From Rhodospirillaceae bacterium (GTDB lineage: Bacteria > Pseudomonadota > Alphaproteobacteria > UBA6615), in contig JAYOFO010000004.1 in assembly GCA_038117265.1 (NCBI GenBank), positions 18,816 to 82,815 of the forward strand: a DNA stretch of 64,000 nucleotides. The letters run 5' to 3'. This document shows positions 27,705 to 37,720 of the stretch, in pieces (positions within the stretch are counted from its first letter, which is position 1; each line of letters starts with the position of its first letter). The translations under genes were made by a program, and so were the position numbers. Below the pieces are notes generated by a model. That model saw only the letters and a program-made list of their open reading frames with translations, ran no database searches and was not told the DNA's origin.

Positions 27705-28468
27705 GCGCGCTTCGCATCCTGCTCGTCGCGTTCGCGGTCCTCGTCGGCGTCGGCGGGGTCGCACCCGCACAGGACGGCGATCTCGATGCGCTTAAGAAGC
27801 GCCTGTTGCCGGGCATCAAGGGGGAGGACAACCGGCGGATCATCGATTCCAGCGACTATCCGTGGAGCGCGATCGGCCGGGTGGACACGCGCATCGGCGG
27901 GTTCTGCACCGGCACCGTGATCGGGCCGCGTGCGGTGCTGACGGCGGCGCACTGCCTGTGGAACAAGCGGACCCGCAACTGGCTGGTGCCCGACGCGGTC
28001 AATTTCCTGGCGGGCTACCGGCGCGGCGAGTTCATCGCGCGTGGCCGGGTGGTCGACTACACGCTGGGCGATCCGCTGGTGACCCCCGACGACGGCGCGC
28101 GGTTTCGGCCCAACGACTGGGCGATCCTGCGCCTGGCCGAGCCTATCGACGGGGTGACGGGCCGCCTGTCCCTCGGCCTGTCGGGGACGCCCGTCCGCGA
28201 GTACCTGCAGGCGGGCTACAGCAAGGACAAGCCGCACATCCTGACCGTCGACGAGGGGTGCCGGGTCGACGACGGCCCGGCGCGGCGGGAGTTCCTGTAT
28301 CACGCCTGCGATGCGGTCAGCGGCGATTCCGGCTCGCCGATCCTGGGCATCACGGACGATGCTCTGGTGATCCTGGGGGTCCACGTCGCCACGGGCCGGC
28401 GCAAGGTCGGCGAAAGCGTCGGCATCGCCATCCCGGTCGATTCCGTCGCCGACGCGGCGGGTCGCTGA
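27701..28468 (+). CDS. Secreted trypsin-like serine protease (S1 family)
   Basis: 255 aa; signal peptide; catalytic triad context TAAHC, D, GDSGSP. GTG start overlaps the hydratase stop (GTGA). Confidence 0.65.
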   Translation: MSALRILLVAFAVLVGVGGVAPAQDGDLDALKKRLLPGIKGEDNRRIIDSSDYPWSAIGRVDTRIGGFCTGTVIGPRAVLTAAHCLWNKRTRNWLVPDAVNFLAGYRRGEFIARGRVVDYTLGDPLVTPDDGARFRPNDWAILRLAEPIDGVTGRLSLGLSGTPVREYLQAGYSKDKPHILTVDEGCRVDDGPARREFLYHACDAVSGDSGSPILGITDDALVILGVHVATGRRKVGESVGIAIPVDSVADAAGR

Positions 28469-28534
28469 CGTGAGACTTGCCAGAACGGTCCGGACATCCT
28501 ATTTGAGAATCGTTATCAACGCCCGAGAGGCACA

Positions 28535-29134
28535 ATGCCCGTAGCCGACCACACACCTGCGGAACTTCTGCTCGACCGGCTGATCAACCGGAACTCGATG
28601 CCGCCACGCCTGATGGGTGAGCAGGGCCCGTCGCGTGCGGAGATATCGCGCATGCTTGCGGCGGCGGTCAGCGCGCCGGATCACGGCAAGGTGCGGCCCT
28701 GGCGGTTCCATATCGTCGAGGGTGCGGCGCGGGTCGCGCTGGGCGAACTGTTCGCGAAGGCGCTTCTCGAACGCGAACCCTTCGCACCGACCGAGGCGAT
28801 CGAGAAGGAGAAGGGGCGCCCGCTGCGCGCACCGCTGATCATCGCCGTCTGTGCCAAGGTGGATCCGTCGCGTGGCGCCAAGGTGCCCGTGGTCGAGCAG
28901 GTCGTGGCGACCGCGGCGGCGATGGAGCATCTGGTGCTCGCGGCCAATGCGCTCGGCTACGGCGCCATCGTGCTCACCGGGCGCAACGCCCACGATCCGA
29001 TGGTGCGCAGGGCCTTCGACCTCGACGGCGAAGACGAGCTGGTCGGCTTCGTCTATATCGGCGCGGGTGACGAGCCGGCACCGGCCAAGCCGCGCCCCGA
29101 CCCGGACGAATTCACGTCCGACTGGACGGGGTAG
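28535..29134 (+). CDS. Nitroreductase family protein
   Basis: 199 aa nitroreductase fold. Confidence 0.6.
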   Translation: MPVADHTPAELLLDRLINRNSMPPRLMGEQGPSRAEISRMLAAAVSAPDHGKVRPWRFHIVEGAARVALGELFAKALLEREPFAPTEAIEKEKGRPLRAPLIIAVCAKVDPSRGAKVPVVEQVVATAAAMEHLVLAANALGYGAIVLTGRNAHDPMVRRAFDLDGEDELVGFVYIGAGDEPAPAKPRPDPDEFTSDWTG

Positions 29135-29143
29135 GGACAAACG

Positions 29144-29176
29144 AAAAAAAAGGCCGGGTCGTGGACCCGGCCTTTT
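29144..29176. terminator. Bidirectional rho-independent terminator
   Basis: AAAAAAAAGGCCGGGTC-gtgg-ACCCGGCCTTTT. Confidence 0.7.
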
Positions 29177-29199
29177 CGGTTTCGTGAGCTCGCGGTGCG

Positions 29200-30228
29200 C
29201 TAGAACGTCTCGTTCCAGTGGACCATCGGCAGGCCCGCCACCGGCGAGGTGAAGTAGGGCAGGTTGGTCGCACGCAGCGAGCCGACATAGACCGTCTTCA
29301 GATCCGGCCCGCCGAAGGTGATCGAGGCGCACCAGGTGGCGATCTCGCCACCCATCTCCATCAGCAGGTCCGCGGTGACCGTCTCGCTCTGGAAGGCGTC
29401 GTTCAGCCGCTTCACCTCTTCGGGACTGGAATCGTCGAAGATGATGTGCAGGTCGCCGTCGGGCTTGATGGCGAAGATGCCGTCGTTCATCACGTGCGTG
29501 CCCCACAGGTTGCCGTACGCATCGAAGGCGATGCCGTCGATCAGGCGTCCGTGGTCGCTCGGCCCGTAGATTTCCTTGGGCCCGAGGCTGCCGTCGTCCG
29601 CGATCTTGTAGCGCGCGATGTTGCGTCCGCAGGTCTGGACGACGTAGAGCCACTCCTCGTTGGCGTCGAGCTTGCACTCGTTGGAGAAGTGCACGTCGTC
29701 GGTCACGATCCGCACGCCCTTGCCCTCCTCGTAGAGCAGGATGCGGCCGTCGACGATGTTCGGGCTGATCGCCTTCGGCCAGTCGTGGAGCATGGTCGAG
29801 ACCGTGATCCAGATGCGGTTCTTGGAATCGCGGCACACGAAGTTGACCTTGCCGATCGGCTCGCCGTCGACCGTGTCGAACATGACCGTGGTCTCGCCGG
29901 TTCGGGTCATCCGCTCGAGGCAGTCGGTTCCGAAGTTCGAGATCAGGATGTCGCCATTGTCGGCGAAGGCCAGCCCGTTCGGCAGCGTGCCGTCGACGAA
30001 CTTGTTGCCGTCGTCGCCGCCCGCCTCGAACGCCGCCGCGTCGTGCGACTGGGTGATGATCTCCTGGCTGCCGTCGGGGCGAATGCGGACGACACCGCCG
30101 CGCGCGTCGGCTGCCCACAGGTCGCCGTTCTTCTCGGCCAGGATGCATTCGGGGCGCTGCAATCCTTCGCCGAGGAACTTGAAATCGCTCTTAGTAAGCG
30201 TGAATCCGTCGATCGGATTTCCGGCCAT
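29200..30228 (-). CDS. SMP-30/gluconolactonase/LRE family protein (six-bladed beta-propeller lactonase)
   Basis: 342 aa. RBS GGGAGGAAACG. Confidence 0.6.
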   Translation of the reverse strand: MAGNPIDGFTLTKSDFKFLGEGLQRPECILAEKNGDLWAADARGGVVRIRPDGSQEIITQSHDAAAFEAGGDDGNKFVDGTLPNGLAFADNGDILISNFGTDCLERMTRTGETTVMFDTVDGEPIGKVNFVCRDSKNRIWITVSTMLHDWPKAISPNIVDGRILLYEEGKGVRIVTDDVHFSNECKLDANEEWLYVVQTCGRNIARYKIADDGSLGPKEIYGPSDHGRLIDGIAFDAYGNLWGTHVMNDGIFAIKPDGDLHIIFDDSSPEEVKRLNDAFQSETVTADLLMEMGGEIATWCASITFGGPDLKTVYVGSLRATNLPYFTSPVAGLPMVHWNETF

Positions 30229-30262
30229 TGTCGTTTCCTCCCGGTAATTGTCCGTCTGAACG

Positions 30263-30296
30263 AAAAGCGCCGCGCGATGGAGATCACGCGGCGCTG
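30263..30296 (-). terminator. Rho-independent terminator after the BKACE gene, read on the minus strand
   Basis: Minus-strand AGCGCCGCG-tgatctccatcgc-GCGGCGCT followed by TTTTCG. Confidence 0.5.
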
Positions 30297-30330
30297 TTCG
30301 TCTGCTTCGCTGGTGCGTTCCGGCTGGCGG

Positions 30331-31266
30331 CTAGAACTTCACCATGTCGCCACCCTTCAGATCGAGGATCTGGCGGGCTTCGTCGGGCGTCGCGATCTCG
30401 AGCGAAAGGTCCTCGCAGATCCGGCGGATCTTGGCGACCTGCTGGGCGTTCGATTCCGCGAGCTTGCCCTTGCCGATGTAGAGCGAGTCCTCGAGGCCGA
30501 CACGCACCGAGCCGCCCATCATCGCGGCCTGGGTGGTGAAGTTCAGCTGGTGGCGACCGGCGGCCAGCACCGAGAAGACATAGTCGTCGCCGAACAGGCG
30601 ATCGGCGGTCGCCTTCATGTGGATCAGGTGATCCAGCTCGGCACCGATGCCGCCCATGATGCCGAAGATGAACTGCAGGAAGATTGGCGGCTTCAGGCGG
30701 CCCGTCGAGTAGAAGTAGTGCGTGTTGTAGAGGTGCCCGATGTCGTAGCACTCGTGCTCGAACTTCACGCCGCGCTTATCGGCCAGCTCGGTGATGATGT
30801 AGTCGATCTGCTTGAAGGTGTTGGTGAAGATGAAGTCGTCCGTCATCTCCAGGTAGGGCTTCTCCCAGTCGTACTTCCAGTTGTCGAAGCGGCTGGCCGC
30901 CCCGAAGATCCCGAAGTTCATCGAGCCCATGTTGAGCGAGGTCACCTCCGGCTCGGCCCGCACGGCCGCGGCGATGCGCTCGTCGACAGTCATGCCCAGG
31001 CCGCCACCGGTGGTGATGTTCACCACGGCGTCGGTGTTCTGCTTGATGCGCGGCAGGAACTGCATGAACACGTCGGGGTCCGGCGTCGGCTTGCCGTCTT
31101 CCGGGTCGCGAGCGTGCAGGTGGATGATCGACGCGCCGGCCTCGGCCGCCTCGATCGAGGACTGGGCGATCTCGTCCGGCGTGATCGGAAGGTGTTCCGA
31201 CATCGTCGGCGTGTGAATCGCGCCCGTCACCGCGCACGAGATGATGACTTTGGTCTGCTTCGCCAT
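30331..31266 (-). CDS. 3-keto-5-aminohexanoate cleavage enzyme family protein (BKACE/DUF849)
   Basis: 311 aa from MAKQTKVIISCAVTG (GGGGGAGA RBS); BKACE TIM-barrel blocks (HLHARD, VNITTGGG). Confidence 0.7.
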   Translation of the reverse strand: MAKQTKVIISCAVTGAIHTPTMSEHLPITPDEIAQSSIEAAEAGASIIHLHARDPEDGKPTPDPDVFMQFLPRIKQNTDAVVNITTGGGLGMTVDERIAAAVRAEPEVTSLNMGSMNFGIFGAASRFDNWKYDWEKPYLEMTDDFIFTNTFKQIDYIITELADKRGVKFEHECYDIGHLYNTHYFYSTGRLKPPIFLQFIFGIMGGIGAELDHLIHMKATADRLFGDDYVFSVLAAGRHQLNFTTQAAMMGGSVRVGLEDSLYIGKGKLAESNAQQVAKIRRICEDLSLEIATPDEARQILDLKGGDMVKF

Positions 31267-31466
31267 GGTGTCTCCCCCTGAATTCGAAGACCGTTTTGGT
31301 GTTTGGTTGACCCGATATTGGGTCGTACGGGCACCGGCTGTCCAGTCGCAAGGCAGACTATTCACATGCGTGAAGTGCCGCCCGCGACGGGCCCCGGCAC
31401 CCCGTCGTATCGGAGCGTCACGAACCTACGCGCGCGCCGTCGGCAAGTCCACAAACGGACCCCGAT

Positions 31467-32318
31467 TCAGCCCAGTTCCAGCGACGTGATTCCGTACATC
31501 CCCACGAAGCGCATGCGCGGCGTATTGCCGTGATACATCCGGATGGTCTCCATCGCCGGCGCGAGCCCCTTGCGTGCGAAAAGCTTCTGGGCCGCATCGT
31601 TGGCGGCCGGCGGGTCGACGAAGACCGGCCCGCCCTCGGCACGGGCGGCAAAGGCATCGAACAGGCGTTCCGCCGTCGCCGCATCGTCGGCGAACAGCGG
31701 CCCGATGCCGTGTCCCTCGTGCAACGGCCGGATGACCCCGTAGCCGGTGATGGTGCCGTCCGCCGTCGCGGCGAGGGCGGTGTGCCCTGGTGCCGTGAGC
31801 CAGGTCGACAGGAACCGGGTGCGCGCCACGGGATAATATTCGCCGTCATAGGCGTCGATGGCATCGACATGGTCGGGGCCGACGGTCTCGATGCCGCCGG
31901 TGTCTCCCGCACCCGGCGTCGGGATGCCGCCGAAGCGGATATTCCTGTGGGCCCTGAAAAAGCCCGACTTGCGATACGCCAGCTCGTGCTCCGAGGCGCC
32001 GTTGGTGCCGATGTCCATGACCCGGCCGCTCTGCTTCAGCGCATGCTGCCACAGGATCTGGCCGATACCCTGGCCGCGCAGGTCGGGATGGACGACATGC
32101 GCGCCGAGGAATCCGAAATGGCGCCCATAGCGCACCAGCGAGATGCCGCCGACGAGTTCCCCGCCGCGATGTGCGGCCCAGAACCCTTCCGGATCGGTTT
32201 CCCAGAAGCAGGCGGCGTCGCCCGGTCCTGGGTTGCGCCCGGCCGCGGCCAGCCACTCCATCAGCGTGTCCAATTCGTCGCGGCTGGCGCGAACAATCTC
32301 GATATCGTCCATGGTCAT
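31467..32318 (-). CDS. GNAT family N-acetyltransferase
   Basis: About 283 aa; acetyl-CoA binding motif RGQGIGQILWQHAL. Start MTMDD or MDD is uncertain. Confidence 0.55.
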   Translation of the reverse strand: MTMDDIEIVRASRDELDTLMEWLAAAGRNPGPGDAACFWETDPEGFWAAHRGGELVGGISLVRYGRHFGFLGAHVVHPDLRGQGIGQILWQHALKQSGRVMDIGTNGASEHELAYRKSGFFRAHRNIRFGGIPTPGAGDTGGIETVGPDHVDAIDAYDGEYYPVARTRFLSTWLTAPGHTALAATADGTITGYGVIRPLHEGHGIGPLFADDAATAERLFDAFAARAEGGPVFVDPPAANDAAQKLFARKGLAPAMETIRMYHGNTPRMRFVGMYGITSLELG

Positions 32319-32465
32319 CCCGTAGAGCCGTTCGGCGCGGACGCGCCCGGCGGAAAAAGTGTGTCTGTATAGCCGAGAACGCGCGGTCACTCCATGCGGG
32401 TGCGGTTGACAGTTTCTCGGGCGCGGACGTTCAATGATAGGCCGACAAAGAGGGGAGGCCGGGTC

Positions 32466-33731
32466 ATGGGCGCCACGCTGTTCACCAACGTCTCGATTAT
32501 CGACGGGACGGGGGATGCGCCGTTCGACGGCGCCGTCCTGGTCACGGGAAACCGGATCGCCGGGGTCTTTCGCGACGGTGCGCCGGAGGGGGCCGCGGAT
32601 GCCGATGTGGTCGACAGCGGCGGTGCGACCCTGATGCCGGGGCTGATCGACGCCCATGCGCATCTCAGCTTCCTCAACGCCGGCACGCTTGAGGAGCTGA
32701 CGGCGCTGACGCCCGAGCGCCATGTCCTGGAGACCGCGAAGAACGCCCGGCTTCTGCTCGATCACGGCTTCACCAGCATGTTCAGCGGCAGTTCCGCGCG
32801 CGACAACATCGACGTGGCGATCCGCGACGCGATCGCGGCGGGCGACATCCCCGGACCGCGCCTGAAGGCCGCGACGCGGCAGATGACGGTGACCGGCGGG
32901 TTCGGGGATACGGGCCTGGCGGACGGCTACGCGATCGTGCTCGACGGGCCGGATGCGTTCCGCGACGCCTGCCGGCGCTCGGCACGGGCGGGTGTCGACA
33001 TCTTCAAGATTGTGCCGTCGGCGCCGGGAACCGGCACCGACCCGCTGGCCGAGGATACAGCGATGACCGACGCCGAAGTAGCCGCGGTGTGCGAGGTCGC
33101 GCGCCAGCGGAACAAGATGGTGTCGGCCCATGCGCGATCGGCCGAAGCGGTGAAGACGTGCCTGCGCAACGGGGTCCAGGTGATCTATCACGCGACCCTG
33201 GCCGATGCGGAGGCCCTCGACATGCTGGAGGCCGCGCGCGACACGATCTTCGTCGCGCCGGCGATGGGGCTGCCCTATGCGCGCCTGCGCGATGCCGGAA
33301 ATTGCGGTATTTCCACCAGCGACTATGTGCGCGCGCGGGCCGAGAAGGAGCTCGAGGTGGTGAGCGCGACGATGGCCGAACTGCACCGGCGCGGCGTGCG
33401 GGTGCTGCCGGGCGGCGACTACGGGTTCAAGTGGAACCCGCACGGCAAGAACGCACGCGACCTGGAGATTTTCGTCGACCTGTACGGCTACACGCCGCTC
33501 GAGGCGATCCGTGCGGCAACGAAGCATGGCGGCGAATTGATGGGCGCGCCGGGCCGGATCGGCGTCGTCGCCGAGGGGGCGTTCGCCGACCTGCTGCTGG
33601 TCGATGGTGACCCGTCGCAGGACGTTCGCATCCTGCAGGACCACGACCGGTTCCTCGCTATCATGAAGGACGGAGCGTTCCACAAGGCGCCGGGCGAAAC
33701 GGCGCGACACCACAGCGTGGCCGCGGAATAG
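32466..33731 (+). CDS. Amidohydrolase family protein (metal-dependent hydrolase)
   Basis: 421 aa; HAH metal-binding motif (GLIDAHAHL), later His/Asp ligands. RBS GAGGGGAGG. Confidence 0.7.
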   Translation: MGATLFTNVSIIDGTGDAPFDGAVLVTGNRIAGVFRDGAPEGAADADVVDSGGATLMPGLIDAHAHLSFLNAGTLEELTALTPERHVLETAKNARLLLDHGFTSMFSGSSARDNIDVAIRDAIAAGDIPGPRLKAATRQMTVTGGFGDTGLADGYAIVLDGPDAFRDACRRSARAGVDIFKIVPSAPGTGTDPLAEDTAMTDAEVAAVCEVARQRNKMVSAHARSAEAVKTCLRNGVQVIYHATLADAEALDMLEAARDTIFVAPAMGLPYARLRDAGNCGISTSDYVRARAEKELEVVSATMAELHRRGVRVLPGGDYGFKWNPHGKNARDLEIFVDLYGYTPLEAIRAATKHGGELMGAPGRIGVVAEGAFADLLLVDGDPSQDVRILQDHDRFLAIMKDGAFHKAPGETARHHSVAAE

Positions 33732-33757
33732 GCGCCACGACAGGGGGAGAAGACACG

Positions 33758-34714
33758 ATGAAACTGGTGACGTTCACAGGCGGCGGCGGGCCGCGCGTCG
33801 GCGCGCTGACCGATGGCGACAGCCGGGTGGTCGACCTCGCGGCGGGCGACGATCAGCCGTATTTCGCGACCATGCTGGCGCTGATCGAGGCGGGCGACCC
33901 GGCCGTGGCGCGTGCGAAGGAAATCGTCGCGGCTGGCGGGGCGTCGACGCCGCTTGCCGATGTGACCCTGCTGACGCCCGTGCCGCAGCCGCCGCAGATC
34001 CGCGACTTCCTCTGCTTCGAGCGGCACCTGATCAACTCGTTCGACATGCTGCGCCGCAAGAAGGCGCAGGCCGAGCCGGACCCCGAAGCGGCGCTTAAGC
34101 GCTTCGAGGAGGAGGGCGCCTTCGCGATCCCGCAGATCTGGTACGACCAGCCATTGTATTACAAGCCGAGCCGGCTCGGCGTGATCGGCACCGATGTCGA
34201 CGTGATCTGGCCGCACTTCTCCAACCTGCTCGACTACGAGATGGAGTTTGGCTGCTGGCTCGGCAAGGCGGGCAAGGACGTCACGCCCGAGCAGGCGAAG
34301 GGCATGATCTTCGGCTACTCGATCTTCAACGACATCTCCGCCCGCGATACCCAGGCCTATGAGATGCCCGCCGGCTTCGGCCCGGGCAAGGGCAAGGACT
34401 TCGACACCGGCAACATCATCGGCCCGTGCATCGTTACCGCCGATGCGTTCGACCCGTCCGACGCCGAGATGATCGTGCGGATCAACGGCGAGGAGCGCTC
34501 GCGCGGCAATTCGGGCGAGATGTTCCACAAGTTCGAGGATTGCATCGCCCACACCTCGCGCGCCGAGACCGTGTTCCCCGGCGAGTTCTTCGCCTCGGGC
34601 ACCGTCGGCTGGGGCTGCGGGCTGGAGCACGACCGCTTCCTCGAGGATGGCGATGTCATCGAGCTCGAGGTCACCGGGATCGGCATCCTGCGCAACCGGG
34701 TGGTCAAGCCTTAG
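33758..34714 (+). CDS. Fumarylacetoacetate hydrolase (FAH) family protein
   Basis: 318 aa; FAH-fold blocks (GTDVDVIWP, EMEFGCW). RBS GGGGGAGAAG. Confidence 0.65.
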   Translation: MKLVTFTGGGGPRVGALTDGDSRVVDLAAGDDQPYFATMLALIEAGDPAVARAKEIVAAGGASTPLADVTLLTPVPQPPQIRDFLCFERHLINSFDMLRRKKAQAEPDPEAALKRFEEEGAFAIPQIWYDQPLYYKPSRLGVIGTDVDVIWPHFSNLLDYEMEFGCWLGKAGKDVTPEQAKGMIFGYSIFNDISARDTQAYEMPAGFGPGKGKDFDTGNIIGPCIVTADAFDPSDAEMIVRINGEERSRGNSGEMFHKFEDCIAHTSRAETVFPGEFFASGTVGWGCGLEHDRFLEDGDVIELEVTGIGILRNRVVKP

Positions 34715-34841
34715 ATCGAAGCGGCCTGCCGGTGCCGCGTTGATCCAGATCATGGATTTCCCGTGCGCCGCCCGCAAATCTGCGCCGAAGTGGGGCGCGT
34801 GCGCGTTCCGCGAGGCAACAACCAAACCATAGGGGGACGCG

Positions 34842-36029
34842 ATGGATGAAATCTTCATCCGCAACGACGATCAGCGGGCAATCCTGAATTCCGTCAGGCG
34901 GTTCGTAGAGGCCGAGGTCACGCCGCGCGCGGCCGAACTCGACGCGCAGAAGGACCCGGAAGACAGTTTCTCGTGGGAGATCGTCGAAGCGGCCGACCGG
35001 ATGGGCCTGCGCACCATGTCGCTGTCGGAGGAGTATGGCGGCATGGACACCGACACGCTGACGACCGCCATGGTGGTCGAGGAGCTGGCGCGCGGCGATC
35101 TGGGCATCTCGGTGGTCTTCGCCCAGACGCTGAAGATCGGCAAGCATATGGAGCGGGTACTCAACGAGGAACAGCGGGCGCGCACCCTGATCCCGTTCCG
35201 CGACGATCCGCGCGCGATCCTGAGCATCTGCGGCACCGAGCCCGAGAACGGCTCGAACGGCATCGTCGGCTATCCCGCCCCCTACACGACCCGCGCGGTG
35301 AAGACCGACGGCGGCTGGATCGCCAACGGGATGAAGCATTTCATCTCCAACTCGAACCGCTCGCGTTACTTCCTGGTGCAGATGCAGACCGACCCGGCGA
35401 AGTCGATGCTCGACGGGGCGACCTGCTTCCTGCTCGAACGCGGGCATCCCGGTTTCACCGTCGGACGCGTCCACGACAAGATGGGCGAGCGGCTGGCCAA
35501 CAATTCCGAGCTGCTCTTCACCGACTGCTTCATCCCCGACGAGAACGTCGTCGGCGAGGTCAACCAGGGGCACATCATCCGGCGCACCTTCGGCCCGTCG
35601 AGCAACATCTTCGCGGCCTGCAGCATCCTGGGCGTGGCGGTGGCGTGTTACGAGAAATCGCTGGCCTGGGCACAGACGCGCGTGCAGGGCGGCAAGCTGC
35701 TGATCGAGCATGACGGCATCCGGGCCCAGATCGCAGAAATGAAGATGCTGATCGACGCCTCGCGGTCCTACATCCACCGGGCGGCCTGGCTCGCCGACCA
35801 TCGCGACGAGGGATGGGACTGGACGCTGGGCTCGCTGCCCAAGGTGATGGCCTCGCAGGCGGCGTGGCAGATCGCCACCTGGACCCTCGAGATCCACGGC
35901 GGCCACGGCTACATGAAGGAGGCGGGCGTGGAGAAGCTGGTGCGCGACGCGGCGGCCTTCCTGCACTCCGACGGGGTCAACCGGGCGCTGCTGCTGCGCG
36001 GCGCGAACCAGATACTCGCCGCGAGCTAG
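34842..36029 (+). CDS. Acyl-CoA dehydrogenase family protein
   Basis: 395 aa; ACAD N-, middle- and C-domains. Confidence 0.75.
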   Translation: MDEIFIRNDDQRAILNSVRRFVEAEVTPRAAELDAQKDPEDSFSWEIVEAADRMGLRTMSLSEEYGGMDTDTLTTAMVVEELARGDLGISVVFAQTLKIGKHMERVLNEEQRARTLIPFRDDPRAILSICGTEPENGSNGIVGYPAPYTTRAVKTDGGWIANGMKHFISNSNRSRYFLVQMQTDPAKSMLDGATCFLLERGHPGFTVGRVHDKMGERLANNSELLFTDCFIPDENVVGEVNQGHIIRRTFGPSSNIFAACSILGVAVACYEKSLAWAQTRVQGGKLLIEHDGIRAQIAEMKMLIDASRSYIHRAAWLADHRDEGWDWTLGSLPKVMASQAAWQIATWTLEIHGGHGYMKEAGVEKLVRDAAAFLHSDGVNRALLLRGANQILAAS

Positions 36030-36049
36030 CCGCTCGATATACCGGACGC

Positions 36050-36577
36050 TCACGACACCCAGAGCGCCTCCCGGCGCCACGGCGCCGGAACGCAAAGCGT
36101 GCCGTGGGGATGGTGCCCGTCGTCCTGCAGGTCGCGTGACTTCCAGGCGCCGTCCCACGCGTTCGGCAGCGGATAGGGTGGTGCGACACCTCTCTCGGGC
36201 GCAAATCCGAAGCGCCCGTAATAGGCAGGATCGCCGAGGACGCAGGCCAGCGACGCGTCTGTCTGCGCGACCCGCGCGAGGCCGGCCCGAATAAGGGCGC
36301 TGCCCACGCCGCGGCCCTTTCGGTCGGGTGCAACCGCCAGCGGGCCAAGGAGCGCGATGCGGGCGGTGGCGCCGGCGATTCCGCACGCTGTGAAGACGAT
36401 GTGCCCCGCCAAGTCGTTTTCGGCCGTCGCGACGAGGGAAACGACACCGGTTCCCCGTCCGAGGAGTTCCGAGACGAGGGGCAGCAAGTCCTCGCCGGGG
36501 AATGCCGCCGCGTACAGTTCGCGTATCGCGGGAACATCGCCCGGGCGGCCCGCGCGAACTGAAATCTCGTCGGTCAT
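36050..36577 (-). CDS. GNAT family N-acetyltransferase
   Basis: About 175 aa from MTDEISVRAGRPGDVPAIRELY; RGVGSALIRAGL CoA-binding motif. Start uncertain; the track gives 36613. Confidence 0.55.
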   Translation of the reverse strand: MTDEISVRAGRPGDVPAIRELYAAAFPGEDLLPLVSELLGRGTGVVSLVATAENDLAGHIVFTACGIAGATARIALLGPLAVAPDRKGRGVGSALIRAGLARVAQTDASLACVLGDPAYYGRFGFAPERGVAPPYPLPNAWDGAWKSRDLQDDGHHPHGTLCVPAPWRREALWVS

Positions 36578-36715
36578 TGCTGGGGGGATAGCGCTTGCGA
36601 CGGGGCTTGTCATCCGGGGTTGGCGCCGTGTTCGACGCGTTCTGGTTCCTTTGACCCGTTGGGGTCCTGCGCTACCTTAGCGGTCAACGAACAATGCGCC
36701 GGGGAGAGATCGACG

Positions 36716-37705
36716 ATGGCGAAGTGGGAATACACCAAGGGCCTGCACGAGGTCGGAAACGGGCTCTGGGCCTATCTCCTGCCCGATGGCGGCTGGTGCT
36801 GGTCGAACACGGGCCTGATCGTCGATGGCGACCAGACCTTGCTGGTCGACACGCTGTTCGACCTGCCGATGACGGCGGAGATGCTCGACACGATGCGTGG
36901 CTCCGTGCCGGCGGCCAGGACCATCGAGAAGCTGGTCAACACCCACGCCAACGCCGACCACACCTGGGGCAACCAGCTGGTCCGGGACGCCGAGATCATC
37001 GCCTCGACCGGCTGTGCGGAGGAGTTCGACCATTTCCTGCCCGAGACGCTACTCGAGCTGATGGGCAAGTCGCGCGAGCTGGGTACGCTGGGCGAGTTCC
37101 TCGAACATTGCTTCTCGCCCTTCGACATTCGCGGGATCGAGCTGACGCCGCCGACCACGACCTTCAGCGACCAGAAGACGGTTGCGGTGGGCGACCGGCG
37201 GGTCGAGCTCTACAGCGTCGGCCCGGCGCACACGCGTGGCGACGTGCTCGTCTTCCTGCCCGACGAGAAGCTGATGTTCGCGGGCGACATCCTGTTCGTG
37301 GGCGGACATCCCGTCATCTGGGACGGGCCGATCGAGAACTGGCGCAAGGCCTGCGACAAGATCCTCGAACTCGACCCCGATGTGATCGTGCCCGGCCATG
37401 GCCCGGTGTCGGGCAAGGATGAGGTGCGCCGGTTCCGCGCCTATCTGGACGAGATGGAGCACGACGCGCGCAAGCGCTTCGATGCCGGTCTCGACGAGCT
37501 GGAGGCGGCAAAGGACATTGCGCTCGACAATTTCGCGGACTGGAACGATGCTGAGCGGGTCTATGCCAATGTCGCGGCGCTTTACCGTGAATTCCGCGGG
37601 CAGGGGCCCGACGAGGGCATGACACCGATGGAGGTGTTCGCGGGCATGGCCGAGCTGTTCAAGCATCAGCAGGCACACGGTCACACGCATCGGCACAGTC
37701 ACTAG
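36716..37705 (+). CDS. MBL-fold metallo-hydrolase
   Basis: 329 aa; HANADH metal-binding motif; His-rich C-terminus. RBS GGGGAGAG. Confidence 0.7.
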   Translation: MAKWEYTKGLHEVGNGLWAYLLPDGGWCWSNTGLIVDGDQTLLVDTLFDLPMTAEMLDTMRGSVPAARTIEKLVNTHANADHTWGNQLVRDAEIIASTGCAEEFDHFLPETLLELMGKSRELGTLGEFLEHCFSPFDIRGIELTPPTTTFSDQKTVAVGDRRVELYSVGPAHTRGDVLVFLPDEKLMFAGDILFVGGHPVIWDGPIENWRKACDKILELDPDVIVPGHGPVSGKDEVRRFRAYLDEMEHDARKRFDAGLDELEAAKDIALDNFADWNDAERVYANVAALYREFRGQGPDEGMTPMEVFAGMAELFKHQQAHGHTHRHSH

Positions 37706-37720
37706 GGAAATGCGTCCGCG

